A stretch of DNA of 64,000 nt, taken from the sequence record PQ843332.1. The stretch is one strand, 5' to 3'. Of this stretch, positions 28,857 to 38,788 are shown piece after piece. Positions within the stretch are counted from its first letter, which is position 1. Every line of letters begins with the position of its first letter. The notes beneath the pieces were generated by a model. That model was not told the origin of the DNA, made no database searches, and saw only the letters and a list, made by a program, of their open reading frames with translations. The stretch comes from Escherichia phage P-GXEC-L2P5. The position numbers and the translations under genes are program-made.

Positions 28857-31352
28857 ATGAGCTTAATTAAATTCGCTGTAACACGACCCGCTAAAAAAGG
28901 CGAAAAAGCCAGGGCGGAAAACTTCCAGATGACCACCGATGAATTTTTCGAATTTATCAATGATGCGAAAGAAATCGCGAAAAAGCCAGGGCGGAAAACT
29001 TCCAGATGACCACCGATGAATTTTTCGAATTTATCAATGACGCGAAAGAAATATCATCGGTGCATATCAACAAGACCGAGGATAAAGCGGAGTATGCGCG
29101 CCGCAAGCGTAAGGCCGATGGCATCGTAGCGTATACCAGTGACGGCTTACGCCGCAAGACCAGCGCGGTGGACCGCTCGATCCTGTTCTTTGATATTGAC
29201 CGCACCGACACTCGCACCTTACGCCGCTGCCGTAAGGCGTTCATTGACGCGGGTCTGGAACACGTATTCCACACAACCACCGGCGACCGCCACCCGCTTA
29301 AAGGCGGCACGCGTTGCGCTCGCTTCCTGGTACTCACTGATAAGCCGGTCCCGGCTGAAGACCTGGGCCGTGTCCAGTATGCGCTATTACATCAACTTGG
29401 TCTGTCGGATGTGGACTTCGACGATTGCACGAAAGACACAAACCGCCTGATGTACCTGCCGCACCAGCAATCGGTTATTAAGTGCCACTACGGCAAACGT
29501 GCCCGCGTCCGTCGTCTGCTTCGCCTGGCGGATACGCTTGGCGTGGAGAAGGAAGAAGTACGCCGCGAGCTTACCCAGGGCGACGACGCAGTGGCGGACG
29601 GGATTCTGGACTGGTGCTTCCAGGCAGGATTCGAGGAGTTATCTTCCGGTCGCGGTTATGAAGTGCCGTGCCCGAACGAACATCTGCACAGCGGCGAAGG
29701 GTCGACGGCTATCATGGTCAAGGATGGCGAGATCCGTTTCAAGTGTATGCACACCGGCAACGAGTGTTGCTCTGAGCTGAACAGACACCAGCACCTGGCG
29801 CTACGTCTTATCGGGATACCGGACCACCTGAACGTCGAGCCGCACAACATGTCACGTAAGCAAATCGCCGCCATCCTCCCAGGGCTGGACGACGAGGAAG
29901 TCGAATCCTTATATGAACATATTGTTGATGCGGTTGGCGACGGCGAAGAATACGGCGTGTGCACCGATGCGGATCTGGATAACGAGCCGGTCGCACTGTT
30001 GTTGATGCAGTTGGCGACGGCGAAGAATACGGCGTGTGCACCGATGCGGATCTGGATAACGAGCCGGTCGCACTATTCAGTAAGCACGACCCGATCATCG
30101 AAGGCCTGGTCAACTTCAAATCGACCTGGTACATGGCTGGCGAGTCGAACATCGGTAAATCGTTCTACGTGCTGGGCCAAATGGGCGCGGTTGCCGCGGG
30201 GATTCCGTTCGGCGGTGCGAAGGTCGTCCAGTCTCATTGCTTCTATTTCGACGCGGAAGGTGGCGAAGCCTCCAACCAGCGTAAGGAAGCATTGCAGATC
30301 AAATATGAGCACGACCTGGACAAGCTGCACATTATTGACCTGCAATCACGCGGCTGGGATATCACCAGCAAATCAGGCTTGCGTGAAGTTATCAGCTTCA
30401 TCAACCGCACCGCTAACGGCGAGCCGGTTGGCCTGGTGGCGTTCGACTCACTCAACCAGACTGTTGCGCTGCGGTCCGCCGATGCAAAACCGTTCGACGA
30501 GAACAACGCCAGCGATATGGGCGAAGTGGTCAAAGCGCTGAAGGCCATTGCGGAAAATACAGGCGGCAGTGCGGGCGTCATCCACCACCCGGCGAAAGGT
30601 GCAAACGGCCGCAGATCTCCCCGTGGGTCCGGCGCGCTGCATGGTGCTGTCGATTCTGCGTTCTTCCTGGAGCAACCGGACGACAACCAGCCAGGTCAAT
30701 TGAACCTGTATCACGAAAAGGCACGTAACGGCATCAAGCAAGCGCCGCGCGGCTTCGTCCTGCTCAAGTGCAAGGTTAAGGTGGATCTCCGCAAGTCCGA
30801 AGCGTTCGAAGCCCACCAGTCCACCAGCACCGGGCCAGACTTCGGCGATGTGGTTGCCGGTTGGGACGTCAAACCAATTGCGTCCACCCCGCGCGACGAG
30901 ACTCTATACCTCGTACCGGTAGCCCTGGCACCGTTCGCGATAGAACAGGCGAAGGCGGCGGGCAAAGCCGCAGTTAAGGAAGAGAACACCGCCGGTCCGC
31001 GCAACGAAAAAGAGAAAGTGCTTTATGCGGCCCTGGAAAAACTGATGGCAGATAACCCTGACCATACTGGATTCAGTAAATCGGCAATTGTACGCCAGGC
31101 GGGACTCGCTAAGGGTGGCACTTCGACGAAGGCAATAGACGATATGGTCGAGCGCGGCGTGATTGGTTTCTATACAGATCCGCACACCGGGGCCATATAT
31201 GGGTCGTCGAATTTAGTCATCAAATCTGATATCCCCTGATTGGTTTCTATACAGACCCGCACACCGGGGCCATATATGGGTCGTCGAATTTAGTCATCAA
31301 ATCGGAGATCCCCATAACGCTTTCGGCGACCGATGACGACCTGAAAGACTAA
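28857..31352 (+). CDS. primase-helicase: primase-polymerase-like N domain, zinc-binding region, RecA-like C domain (frame broken by duplications near 28910-29050, 29940-30070 and 31170-31290)
   Basis: ILFFDIDR and VFHTTTGDRH primase-like motifs; Cys/His cluster; Walker A GESNIGKS and Walker B VAFDSLN. Confidence 0.7.
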
Positions 31353-31610
31353 ATCCTATTTTGAGTGTTTTTAGCTGGTCGCATTGGTTGCCGTGCAGTA
31401 TAAATATAGTGAATAGTTATGCAATAAAACTGCATAAAGTAAGCGGGACAAAAAGCGGGACAAACTTGGGGCGGGACAAAGCGGGACAGCACCCCCGTCC
31501 CGCCCCGGATGACGCGGCCTGGAGAGGAGCGGGACAGGCGGGACAACTCCCAGTCTTTCAGACTAGACGGGGGTCAGCGGCCCCCCTCGTCTGAGACTGC
31601 ATAAAATCCG
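31353..31610. repeat. non-coding repeat module R2, paralogue of R1
   Basis: aagcgggacaaaaagcgggacaaacttggggcgggacaaagcgggacagcacccccgtcccgcc is nearly identical to R1 226-290; same hairpin at about 31553-31607. Confidence 0.7.
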
Positions 31611-31753
31611 GGATTGCAAAATACACGGCAGCACATTGGAAATCGCGGTCGTCGATGAACTGGGCAACCAATGCGAGTTGCAGAATGTGGTGTGAAAAAT
31701 GCAGTTTGCAGTCACAGCTGATAGCGATCAACTTTTTCATGCGCATGATTAAT

Positions 31754-31794
31754 ATTGGTTGCATTCATGCCAGCACCCTGCTAGATTGGTTGCA
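31754..31794 (+). promoter_or_regulatory. two copies of ATTGGTTGCA upstream of gene 31816
   Basis: ATTGGTTGCA at 31754-31763 and AGATTGGTTGCACACCAACA at 31783-31802; identical extended 17-mer upstream of minus-strand gene start 43131. Confidence 0.45.
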
Positions 31795-31815
31795 CACCAA
31801 CATGAGGGCTGAACA

Positions 31816-32142
31816 ATGAAAGCGATTATCTGGAATTACGCAATGGCTATGGCGAAGGCACAAGAAGCGGCGGAGTTCGCCGGGGAGGGGGCGGAAGCAG
31901 TAGAGAGACTATCGGCAGCGTGGTCCGTTGTTCGCGTCACGCAGCAGGCCATCGCCTGTATGCTTGAGCGCCGCTTCGACACGATGGCGGAGATCCAGCC
32001 GTTGGCGAACGCTATCCAGGACTACGCGCTTGCATTTGCCCGTGAACGCCTGGCGTATCGCTTCGGGATCGGAGAGACGGCAGTGACAAACGTTGCCCGG
32101 ATTAAAGCCCAGCGTGAGCTATTCGCCCAGCTTGCGAAATAA
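31816..32142 (+). CDS. hypothetical protein (early region)
   Basis: 108 aa intact ORF directly downstream of motif pair. Confidence 0.4.
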   Translation: MKAIIWNYAMAMAKAQEAAEFAGEGAEAVERLSAAWSVVRVTQQAIACMLERRFDTMAEIQPLANAIQDYALAFARERLAYRFGIGETAVTNVARIKAQRELFAQLAK

Positions 32143-32151
32143 GAGGCCAAA

Positions 32152-32421
32152 ATGACCCGTAGACGCGCAAAACAGCTTTCGTGGCATATCCCCCTGCATT
32201 GCATACGAATATGGGCTAAGAATGCGAATGCGGGGGACTCTGTGTACTGGTGCTATCGCGACGACGTTAAGCCGTTGACGCAGACTCGCTACTTGCACCA
32301 GTTCGCCGCGCAACATGATTTCTATGTGCGGACCTCCTTGCAACCAATGGGGATCCGTATTACATTACGCCGGAAGCCCGCAGTCGAGCGGGTAGGCAAA
32401 CACTGGAGACTGAGCAAATGA
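32152..32421 (+). CDS. hypothetical protein
   Basis: 89 aa intact ORF, tightly spaced. Confidence 0.35.
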   Translation: MTRRRAKQLSWHIPLHCIRIWAKNANAGDSVYWCYRDDVKPLTQTRYLHQFAAQHDFYVRTSLQPMGIRITLRRKPAVERVGKHWRLSK

Positions 32422-32960
32422 AATTACTATTCCGCCGAAAATCAGATGGCCGCATTCTTAAGCCAATACAGACCCTTGACACCCATGTGCGACTTCACCA
32501 CGCCGCAAGCGATCGTGTCTGGTGGGCGAATAAGGCAAAGCTGCCGGAGAAATACGAAATCCTCACGCATGATATTGAGCGCGGCGATGTGCTGCGTGAT
32601 ATTCGCGACGGGCAATTGTGGGTCGTTGAGCACACCAGCCAGCACGGCTTGCGTATGCAAACCCGCAAGGGCGGAGTAGTGGGTAACATACAGAGGGTTA
32701 TGACGTACTTCGGGCTAATCCACTACGAGCGCGTGGGGCGCAAATACTGCCTGCGCAACCGCCAGCCTCATGAGCGCGCAACCTACGACTCCCACCAGGT
32801 GCAAGCGAAGATGGGCCGCGCCGTACACCAAATCGTCAATCGCTTTGATGCCGTGACGAACGCACAACGCCATGCGCAGGAATACGGTGTTGGATTCATC
32901 CAGGTGGAACGAGACGGCAGCATGAAAGCCATCGACCCGCGCTCGGTGATTCTGAAATGA
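32418..32960 (+). CDS. hypothetical protein
   Basis: 180 aa intact ORF; ATGA overlap with upstream gene. Confidence 0.4.
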   Translation: MKLLFRRKSDGRILKPIQTLDTHVRLHHAASDRVWWANKAKLPEKYEILTHDIERGDVLRDIRDGQLWVVEHTSQHGLRMQTRKGGVVGNIQRVMTYFGLIHYERVGRKYCLRNRQPHERATYDSHQVQAKMGRAVHQIVNRFDAVTNAQRHAQEYGVGFIQVERDGSMKAIDPRSVILK

Positions 32961-33167
32961 GTGCGACGATCCGTGATATGCTTCAGCACAACCGCTTTGA
33001 GATAGGCGGTCGGGTGTTTCGCAATTACTTCGTGGCGCGTGCATGGGCGCGCCATATTGGCAAACCGGAAGGGGCAATTCGATGCTATACGTCTTCGCGG
33101 TAGTATGTGGCGGTAGTCTGGCGGCCCTGGTGCTGTTGGCGTCGGTTATTAGTCTGGTTAAATACCT

Positions 33168-33467
33168 ATGGGGCAGATTATGATTCATGATGTGATTTAT
33201 TGGTTTGGTATGGCCAGCATGTTATGCCTGGTTACGGGAGTGCTGGGCGCAATATGGGTATTCCTGGTATGGCCTGCGGTGGAAGCTGCCAGCATTACCC
33301 GGATGACATTCGAGATCTACAAGCGCCGTGGAATAACGGAGCACCCGACCAGGCTTCGGATGTGGTGGCTGTGGTATCGGGATATGATAGGCGGTCGAAC
33401 ATTCGAAGCCGTCCGCTCATCCGGGTGGGAGTGGAAAGGCGTCGGCAAGTTGTCCGTTTTCGATTAA
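33168..33467 (+). CDS. membrane protein, hypothetical (C-terminal region duplicated near 33420-33560)
   Basis: Hydrophobic N-terminal segment MASMLCLVTGVLGAIWVFLVW. Confidence 0.35.
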   Translation: MGQIMIHDVIYWFGMASMLCLVTGVLGAIWVFLVWPAVEAASITRMTFEIYKRRGITEHPTRLRMWWLWYRDMIGGRTFEAVRSSGWEWKGVGKLSVFD

Positions 33468-33566
33468 TTATGCAAGCGTGATATAGTCCCAGTGAGCTCG
33501 GGTGGGAGTGGAAAGGCGTCGGCAAGTGGTCCGTTTTCGATTAATTATGCAAGCGTGATATAGTCC

Positions 33567-33597
33567 CAGTGAGCTAAAACTTACTGGGACTTTTTTA
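33567..33597 (+). terminator. rho-independent terminator (agtcccagt...actgggact + tttttt)
   Basis: 9-bp perfect stem plus T-run immediately before the holin-like start. Confidence 0.6.
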
Positions 33598-33887
33598 TGG
33601 ATAAGCTAAACGAGTGGCTATTCGCCCTGGCATGTCTGGCGGGTGGCTTCGTAGGCGCACGCATTCATGGTGAGGCTACGAAGGGGCCGCTAAACTTCGT
33701 TTTGTATGTTGTAGTTGGCTTCCTGTGTGCCATATTTGGCGCACCGGCTATTGCCGAGTGGGCTGGTTTGTCGGGTGAGCGCACTGTCGCCGGTTTGGGC
33801 TTCGTAACTGCGATCTTCTGGATGCCAATCGCCGACCGGATCAGGGAGACTATTGCGTCGTTCCGACTTCCGGGGGGCGCAAAATGA
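33597..33887 (+). CDS. holin-like membrane protein
   Basis: 96 aa with three hydrophobic segments; immediately upstream of second membrane protein and lysozyme. Confidence 0.5.
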   Translation: MDKLNEWLFALACLAGGFVGARIHGEATKGPLNFVLYVVVGFLCAIFGAPAIAEWAGLSGERTVAGLGFVTAIFWMPIADRIRETIASFRLPGGAK

Positions 33888-34129
33888 TTATCTCCGTCCT
33901 GTTGTTTGTTATCATCGGGGCTTCGTCCCTGTTTAACGTGTATGCGCCGTCCGTCCGGGATGGCATTTTCGGTCGGGTGCTGTATCTGTTAACGGCAATG
34001 GTCTGTATTATCGGATTGTTGCAAACAGGAGACGTATCGGATACCACCTGGACCGCGTTAATCTGGCTGTTTGCATTGCGCACCCTGCGTAATGCTGTTT
34101 TAAATGGGGTAAAACATGCGATTCAGTGA
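33884..34129 (+). CDS. membrane protein, holin/antiholin candidate
   Basis: 81 aa, 2-3 hydrophobic segments; stop overlaps endolysin start. Confidence 0.4.
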   Translation: MIISVLLFVIIGASSLFNVYAPSVRDGIFGRVLYLLTAMVCIIGLLQTGDVSDTTWTALIWLFALRTLRNAVLNGVKHAIQ

Positions 34130-34192
34130 TAACGGTCTTCTGGCTGTTTGCATTGCGCACCCTGCGTAATGCTGTTTTGAATGGGGTAAAAC

Positions 34193-34838
34193 ATGCGATT
34201 CAGTGATAACGGTCTACGATTTACGGCAGCCTGGGAGGCTTTCAGCCCGGTGCCGTATTTCGCGACCAAGAAAGAGCAGGCCCGCGGCCTGTACACCTGG
34301 GGCTATGGTCACAGGCTTTCAGCCCGGTGCCGTATTTCGCGACCAAGAAAGAGCAGGCCCGCGGCCTGTACACCTGGGGTTATGGTCATACCGGCACTAA
34401 TCCGCCTCGAAGCATTACCCGCGAGGAAGCGCTGGCACTGCTCAAGCGCGATGTGGCGTATGCTGAGGACTGGGTTAACAAATACGCACATCCGAGCATT
34501 AACCAGGCGCAATTCGACGCGCTGGTGGACCTGGTAATCAACGCCGGTCCGGGTCCGATCGTACCGGATGACGTCGCGAATGATTTCGATGATGCGGTGT
34601 GGTGGACCTGGTAATCAACGCCGGTCCTGGTCCGATCGTACCGGATGACGTCGCGAATGATTTCGATGATGCGGTACGGTTGGGCGACTGGGCGAAGGTC
34701 CGTGCTACGCTGCCGCAGTTCCGCAAGCAAGGCGGCGAAGTGCTTAAGGGTCTGGTACGCCGTGCAATCGGCAGACAGGCGTTGTTTGATGGTAAGCAGT
34801 GGGACGTTGCCGAACGAATCGGTCGTAACGCTGCATAA
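34193..34838 (+). CDS. endolysin, lysozyme-like (frame broken by duplications near 34270-34360 and 34540-34640; start duplicated at 34112 and 34193)
   Basis: WEAFSPVPYFATKKEQARGLYTWGYGHTG resembles the lysozyme E...Y...G-x-GHT signature. Confidence 0.65.
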
Positions 34839-34854
34839 TACGAGGTAACACAGT

Positions 34855-35022
34855 ATGTTAAAAAGTATTCTTGATCATAATGCGGACGCGCTTGCTGCAC
34901 TGGCTAAAACCGAAGATCCGGGCGCTCGCGCTATCATCGCGGACTCTATAAACCACGCTGGGGTCTTCGATGCGAAGCTGCCTAGCCCACCACCGCAGGA
35001 GGAATCTGGTCCTGCAGCGTAA
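34855..35022 (+). CDS. hypothetical small protein
   Basis: 55 aa ORF with GAGGT RBS, followed by a duplication and terminator. Confidence 0.3.
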   Translation: MLKSILDHNADALAALAKTEDPGARAIIADSINHAGVFDAKLPSPPPQEESGPAA

Positions 35023-35105
35023 ACAATCAAGCCCGGGGGGTCTTCGATGCGAAGCTGCCAAGCCCACCACCGCAGGAGGAATCTGGTCCTGCAGCGTAAA
35101 CAATC

Positions 35106-35133
35106 AAGCCCGGAATTAACCGGGCTTTTTATT
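35106..35133 (+). terminator. rho-independent terminator (aagcccgg-aattaa-ccgggctt + tttta)
   Basis: Perfect 8-bp stem plus T-run. Confidence 0.65.
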
Positions 35134-35136
35134 GCT

Positions 35137-35172
35137 TGACTTGCAACCAACATAGACTCTATACTGCGACCA
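35137..35172 (+). promoter_or_regulatory. sigma70-like promoter TTGACT - 18 bp - TATACT; spacer contains TGCAACCAA
   Basis: Hexamers read directly from sequence; located after terminator. Confidence 0.45.
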
Positions 35173-35336
35173 ATCAACGAGAGGAGTAATCAAGATGGCA
35201 CGTAAAGATATTTGGGTATTAGCGATCTGGACCACCACGGCTTTTATCGACATGGTTATTTGCGAATTGATATAGCCCGCCGCCATACGGACCGTGGTAT
35301 ATTGTCCGCGGTCCACTAATCAGGAATTAATTAAAT

Positions 35337-36556
35337 ATGCACCCGCAAACTAAAATTACCGATGAGCAATTGATCGCAGAAATTCAGGAAGGGACTACAG
35401 TTAAAGAGATTGCGAAGAAGTACGGCATCGCACTTCGAAATGTCTATATGCGCAAAGCCCGCCTGTCTAAAAAGGGGATTGGTCACGGCAATGATGCAGT
35501 GATCCGTAAGCGCGTTGCCGATGGTTTTGGTGTTAAGCGCGTATCGGCCCTGGTACGCGGCAATGGCGAAGAGGTCATGTCGTGGGTCATCACTGAGCAG
35601 GACAAAGAGCGCCAACTCGAAGCCATGCGCGCTGTTGCAATGGCGAAGAGGTCATGTCGTGGGTCATCACTGAGCAGGACAAGGAGCGCCAACTCGAAGC
35701 CATGCGCGCTGTTGTCGAGGGTATGAACAGCGAAATCACACCGGCAGCGCCCGTAAACGCCACGCCAGTCCCGATTCAGGCGCTCGACTTGCTCAACCTG
35801 TACACAGTGTCCGACTTCCACCTGGGTATGCTGGCGTGGGGCGAGGAGACTGGCGAAGACTGGGATATGGCGATTGCTGAAGACCTGTTCTACCGCTGGT
35901 TTGTCGAAGCCTTCGCCCGCGCACCGGACGCAGGAACTGCCGTTATCAATATCCTCGGGGATATGGCCCACTTTGATAGCCTTGATGCCGTCACACCGGC
36001 AAGCGGTCACGTACTGGACGCCGACACACGATACCAGAAGTTGGTCCGCTATATGATTCGCATGGTGCGCAACGTGGTTGACCTGGCGCTGCAAAAACAC
36101 CACAAAGTAAAACTGCTAATCGTCCAGGGTAATCATGACGAGTCGGGCATGATTTGGCTTGCTGAGATGTTCAATACCCTGTATGAGAACGAGCCGCGCG
36201 TCGATGTGGACACGTCCCCGGACGTCTACAAAATGGTGCAGCACGGTAAGACCACGCTATTTTTCCACCACGGGCACAAAGCGCGATTCGATGTTATCGA
36301 GCAGGTTATGATCGCTAAATTCAGACAGGCGTTCGGGGCGAGCGAATACAGCTACGCGCACGTAGGCCATTTGCACCACCAGAAGATTGTTGAATCCCGC
36401 AACATGATTGTCGAACAGCACAGGACGCTCGCAGCGAAAGACGCCTACGCCAGTCGTGGCGGCTGGATGAGCGGTCGCAGCGCAAACGTCATCACCTATA
36501 GCGCCAACTACGGAGAAGTAGCGCGCTTAACCATTAGCCCGGAAATGTTGAAGTAA
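35337..36556 (+). CDS. metallophosphoesterase (calcineurin-like) with N-terminal HTH domain (frame broken by duplication near 35560-35710)
   Basis: N-terminal TVKEIAKKYGIALRNVYMRKARL; phosphoesterase motifs ILGDMAHFDS, VQGNHDE, FFHHGHK, HVGHLHH. Confidence 0.55.
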
Positions 36557-36570
36557 CGGCGACCCGTAAC

Positions 36571-36603
36571 CAGCCCAGCCTGCCGATTTGGTGGGCTTTT
36601 TTG
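36571..36603 (+). terminator. rho-independent terminator (cagcccagc...gtgggct + tttttt)
   Basis: Stem-loop plus T6 after the phosphoesterase gene. Confidence 0.5.
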
Positions 36604-36605
36604 TG

Positions 36606-36620
36606 CCTGTTATAATCCCC
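36606..36620 (+). promoter_or_regulatory. extended -10 promoter element TGT-TATAAT upstream of the terminase operon (duplicated near 36690)
   Basis: Consensus TATAAT with upstream TG read directly; no good -35. Confidence 0.4.
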
Positions 36621-36763
36621 GTTAGATGGCAGGGCCGTCTCCTATGTTGCCGATGGCTGCCGATTTGGTGGGCTTTTTTGTGCCTGTTATAATCCCCCTT
36701 AGATGGCAGGGCCGTCTCCTATGTTGCCGATGGTCGGCGCATATGAACAAAAGGGCATATATC

Positions 36764-37315
36764 ATGGCAGAAATCAAAGTTAAGGGCCGACGCGCCAAAC
36801 TGGACGGACGAGTAGCAGTTACCCCGCGCCGTAAACCAGGCGAGCAAACCGAGCATACCAATCTCGGACCTGAAATCGAGTACGGAAAGCGCCGTAAAGG
36901 CGGCAAATGTGGACGCCCTACGGACTACCGATCCGTTTACTGCGACCAGCTTCGCCGCTATTTTGCCGACGCCGACGCCTGGCAGGTCAACTACTCCGAT
37001 AAAGGCGCTGCGCAAGTAATCCCCCGCAACAAAATGCCAACCTTTGGTCGATTTGCCGCGGAAATCGGTGTGGGCGTAGCTTGCCTGTATCGCTGGGCGC
37101 GCGCACATGAGGAGTTCGCCGAGGCGATGGCGGATGCTATGGAGTTGCAGAAAACTTTCCTGATGGAAGCTGGTGGCGTAACCATCGCGGCGGGCTTCGC
37201 TACGTTCCTGCTTAAAGCAAACCACGGCGTCCGCGACGATGTACCGCTGGACGACGACGAAGATGATAACGGCGACGTCGTTGTGGAACCTACCGGCAAA
37301 GGTCAGGGTGATTAA
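36764..37315 (+). CDS. terminase small subunit candidate
   Basis: 183 aa immediately upstream of and overlapping terminase large subunit; basic N-terminus, acidic C-terminus; AAGGG RBS. Confidence 0.5.
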   Translation: MAEIKVKGRRAKLDGRVAVTPRRKPGEQTEHTNLGPEIEYGKRRKGGKCGRPTDYRSVYCDQLRRYFADADAWQVNYSDKGAAQVIPRNKMPTFGRFAAEIGVGVACLYRWARAHEEFAEAMADAMELQKTFLMEAGGVTIAAGFATFLLKANHGVRDDVPLDDDEDDNGDVVVEPTGKGQGD

Positions 37316-38777
37316 TGCGTAACTATGCGGCAGAACACCGCGCACTGGAACGCGCGATCGCAAAGCGCAACCGACCACCACGCCCCACACGCGTTGCGCA
37401 GGCTGTGCGTCTTTACCAGCCAGATTGCCTTCCTCACCAGGTTGAACTACTGCGCGACACGAAGACTAAAATCCTCGGCCTGTGTTCCGGCTTCGGCGGT
37501 GGCAAGTCATGGGTTGCCGCACGTAAGGTCATCCAGCTTCTGACACTTAACCCTGGTTATGACGGCATCGTGACCGAACCGACTATTCCACTCCTGGTCA
37601 AAATCATGTACCCGGAACTGGAGAAGGCATTCGACGAGGCTGGCTTACGGTGGAAGTTCAATAAGCAGGACAAGATCTACAACGTGCTGGTGAAAGGCAA
37701 ATGGACTCGCGTTATCTGTGAGTCAATGGAGAACTATACCCGCCTGATCGGGGTCAACGCCGCGTGGATTGTTGCCGACGAGTTCGACACCACGAAACAA
37801 GACGTCGCAATGGCGGCATACCACAAATTGCTCGGTCGTCTGCGTGCGGGCTTCGTCCGCCAGTTTGTCATCGTGTCCACGCCGGAAGGCTACCGGGCGA
37901 TGTATCAAATATTCGAGGTGGAGAAGGGTAGCCAGAAGCGCCTGATCCGGGCGAAGACCACGGACAACCACCATTTACCGGCAGACTTTATCGACACGCT
38001 GCGCAGTCAGTACCCGGCTAACCTGATTGATGCGTACCTGAACGGCCTGTTTGTTAACCTTACGTCGGGCGCGGTGTACAAGATGTTCAACCGCGAGGAG
38101 AACGCCAGCACCGAAGAAGTGCAGCCGGACGACACGCTGATTATCGGTATGGACTTTAACGTCACGAAAATGGCGGCGGTTGTGTATGTCAGACGGCAGC
38201 GCATCACCGAGAACAAGGAGTTCCGCGACGAGATCCACGCAGTGGATGAATTTGTGGACCTGTTTGACACCCCGGCTATGATTGAGGCGATCGAGGAGCG
38301 CTACCCGGAACATTGTGCCGCCGGTAGGGTCGTCGTTTACCCGGATAGCAGCGGCAAATCCCGCAAGACGGTCAACGCGTCGTCGTCCGATATCGCACAA
38401 CTGGAAGACGCGGGCTTCGAGGTGGAGTATGACAGCGTTAACCCGCCTGTGAAAGACCGATTGATCGCGATGAATACGATGATGTGCAACTCGAAGGGCG
38501 TGCGCCAGTATTTGTTAACCCGCCTGTGAAAGACCGATTGATTGCGATGAATACGATGATGTGCAACTCGAAGGGCGTGCGCCAGTATTTTGTCAACCTG
38601 GATAAATGCCCTACACTAGCGAAATGTCTGGAACAGCAGGTTTACGACCTGAAGAAAGGCGAGCCGGATAAAACCGCCGGGGTGGACCACATGAACGATG
38701 CCGCGGGCTACCCTATTGCGCACTTGTTCCCTGTGATTCGTCCGATCGCCGTTGTTCCAACTGTAGACTTCTACTAA
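37315..38777 (+). CDS. terminase large subunit (frame broken by duplication near 38450-38570)
   Basis: Walker A GLCSGFGGGKS, Walker B-like IVADEFD; nuclease-like C-terminal half; ORFs 37315-38529 and 38484-38777 are contiguous. Confidence 0.75.
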
Positions 38778-38788
38778 GGAAACCGACC

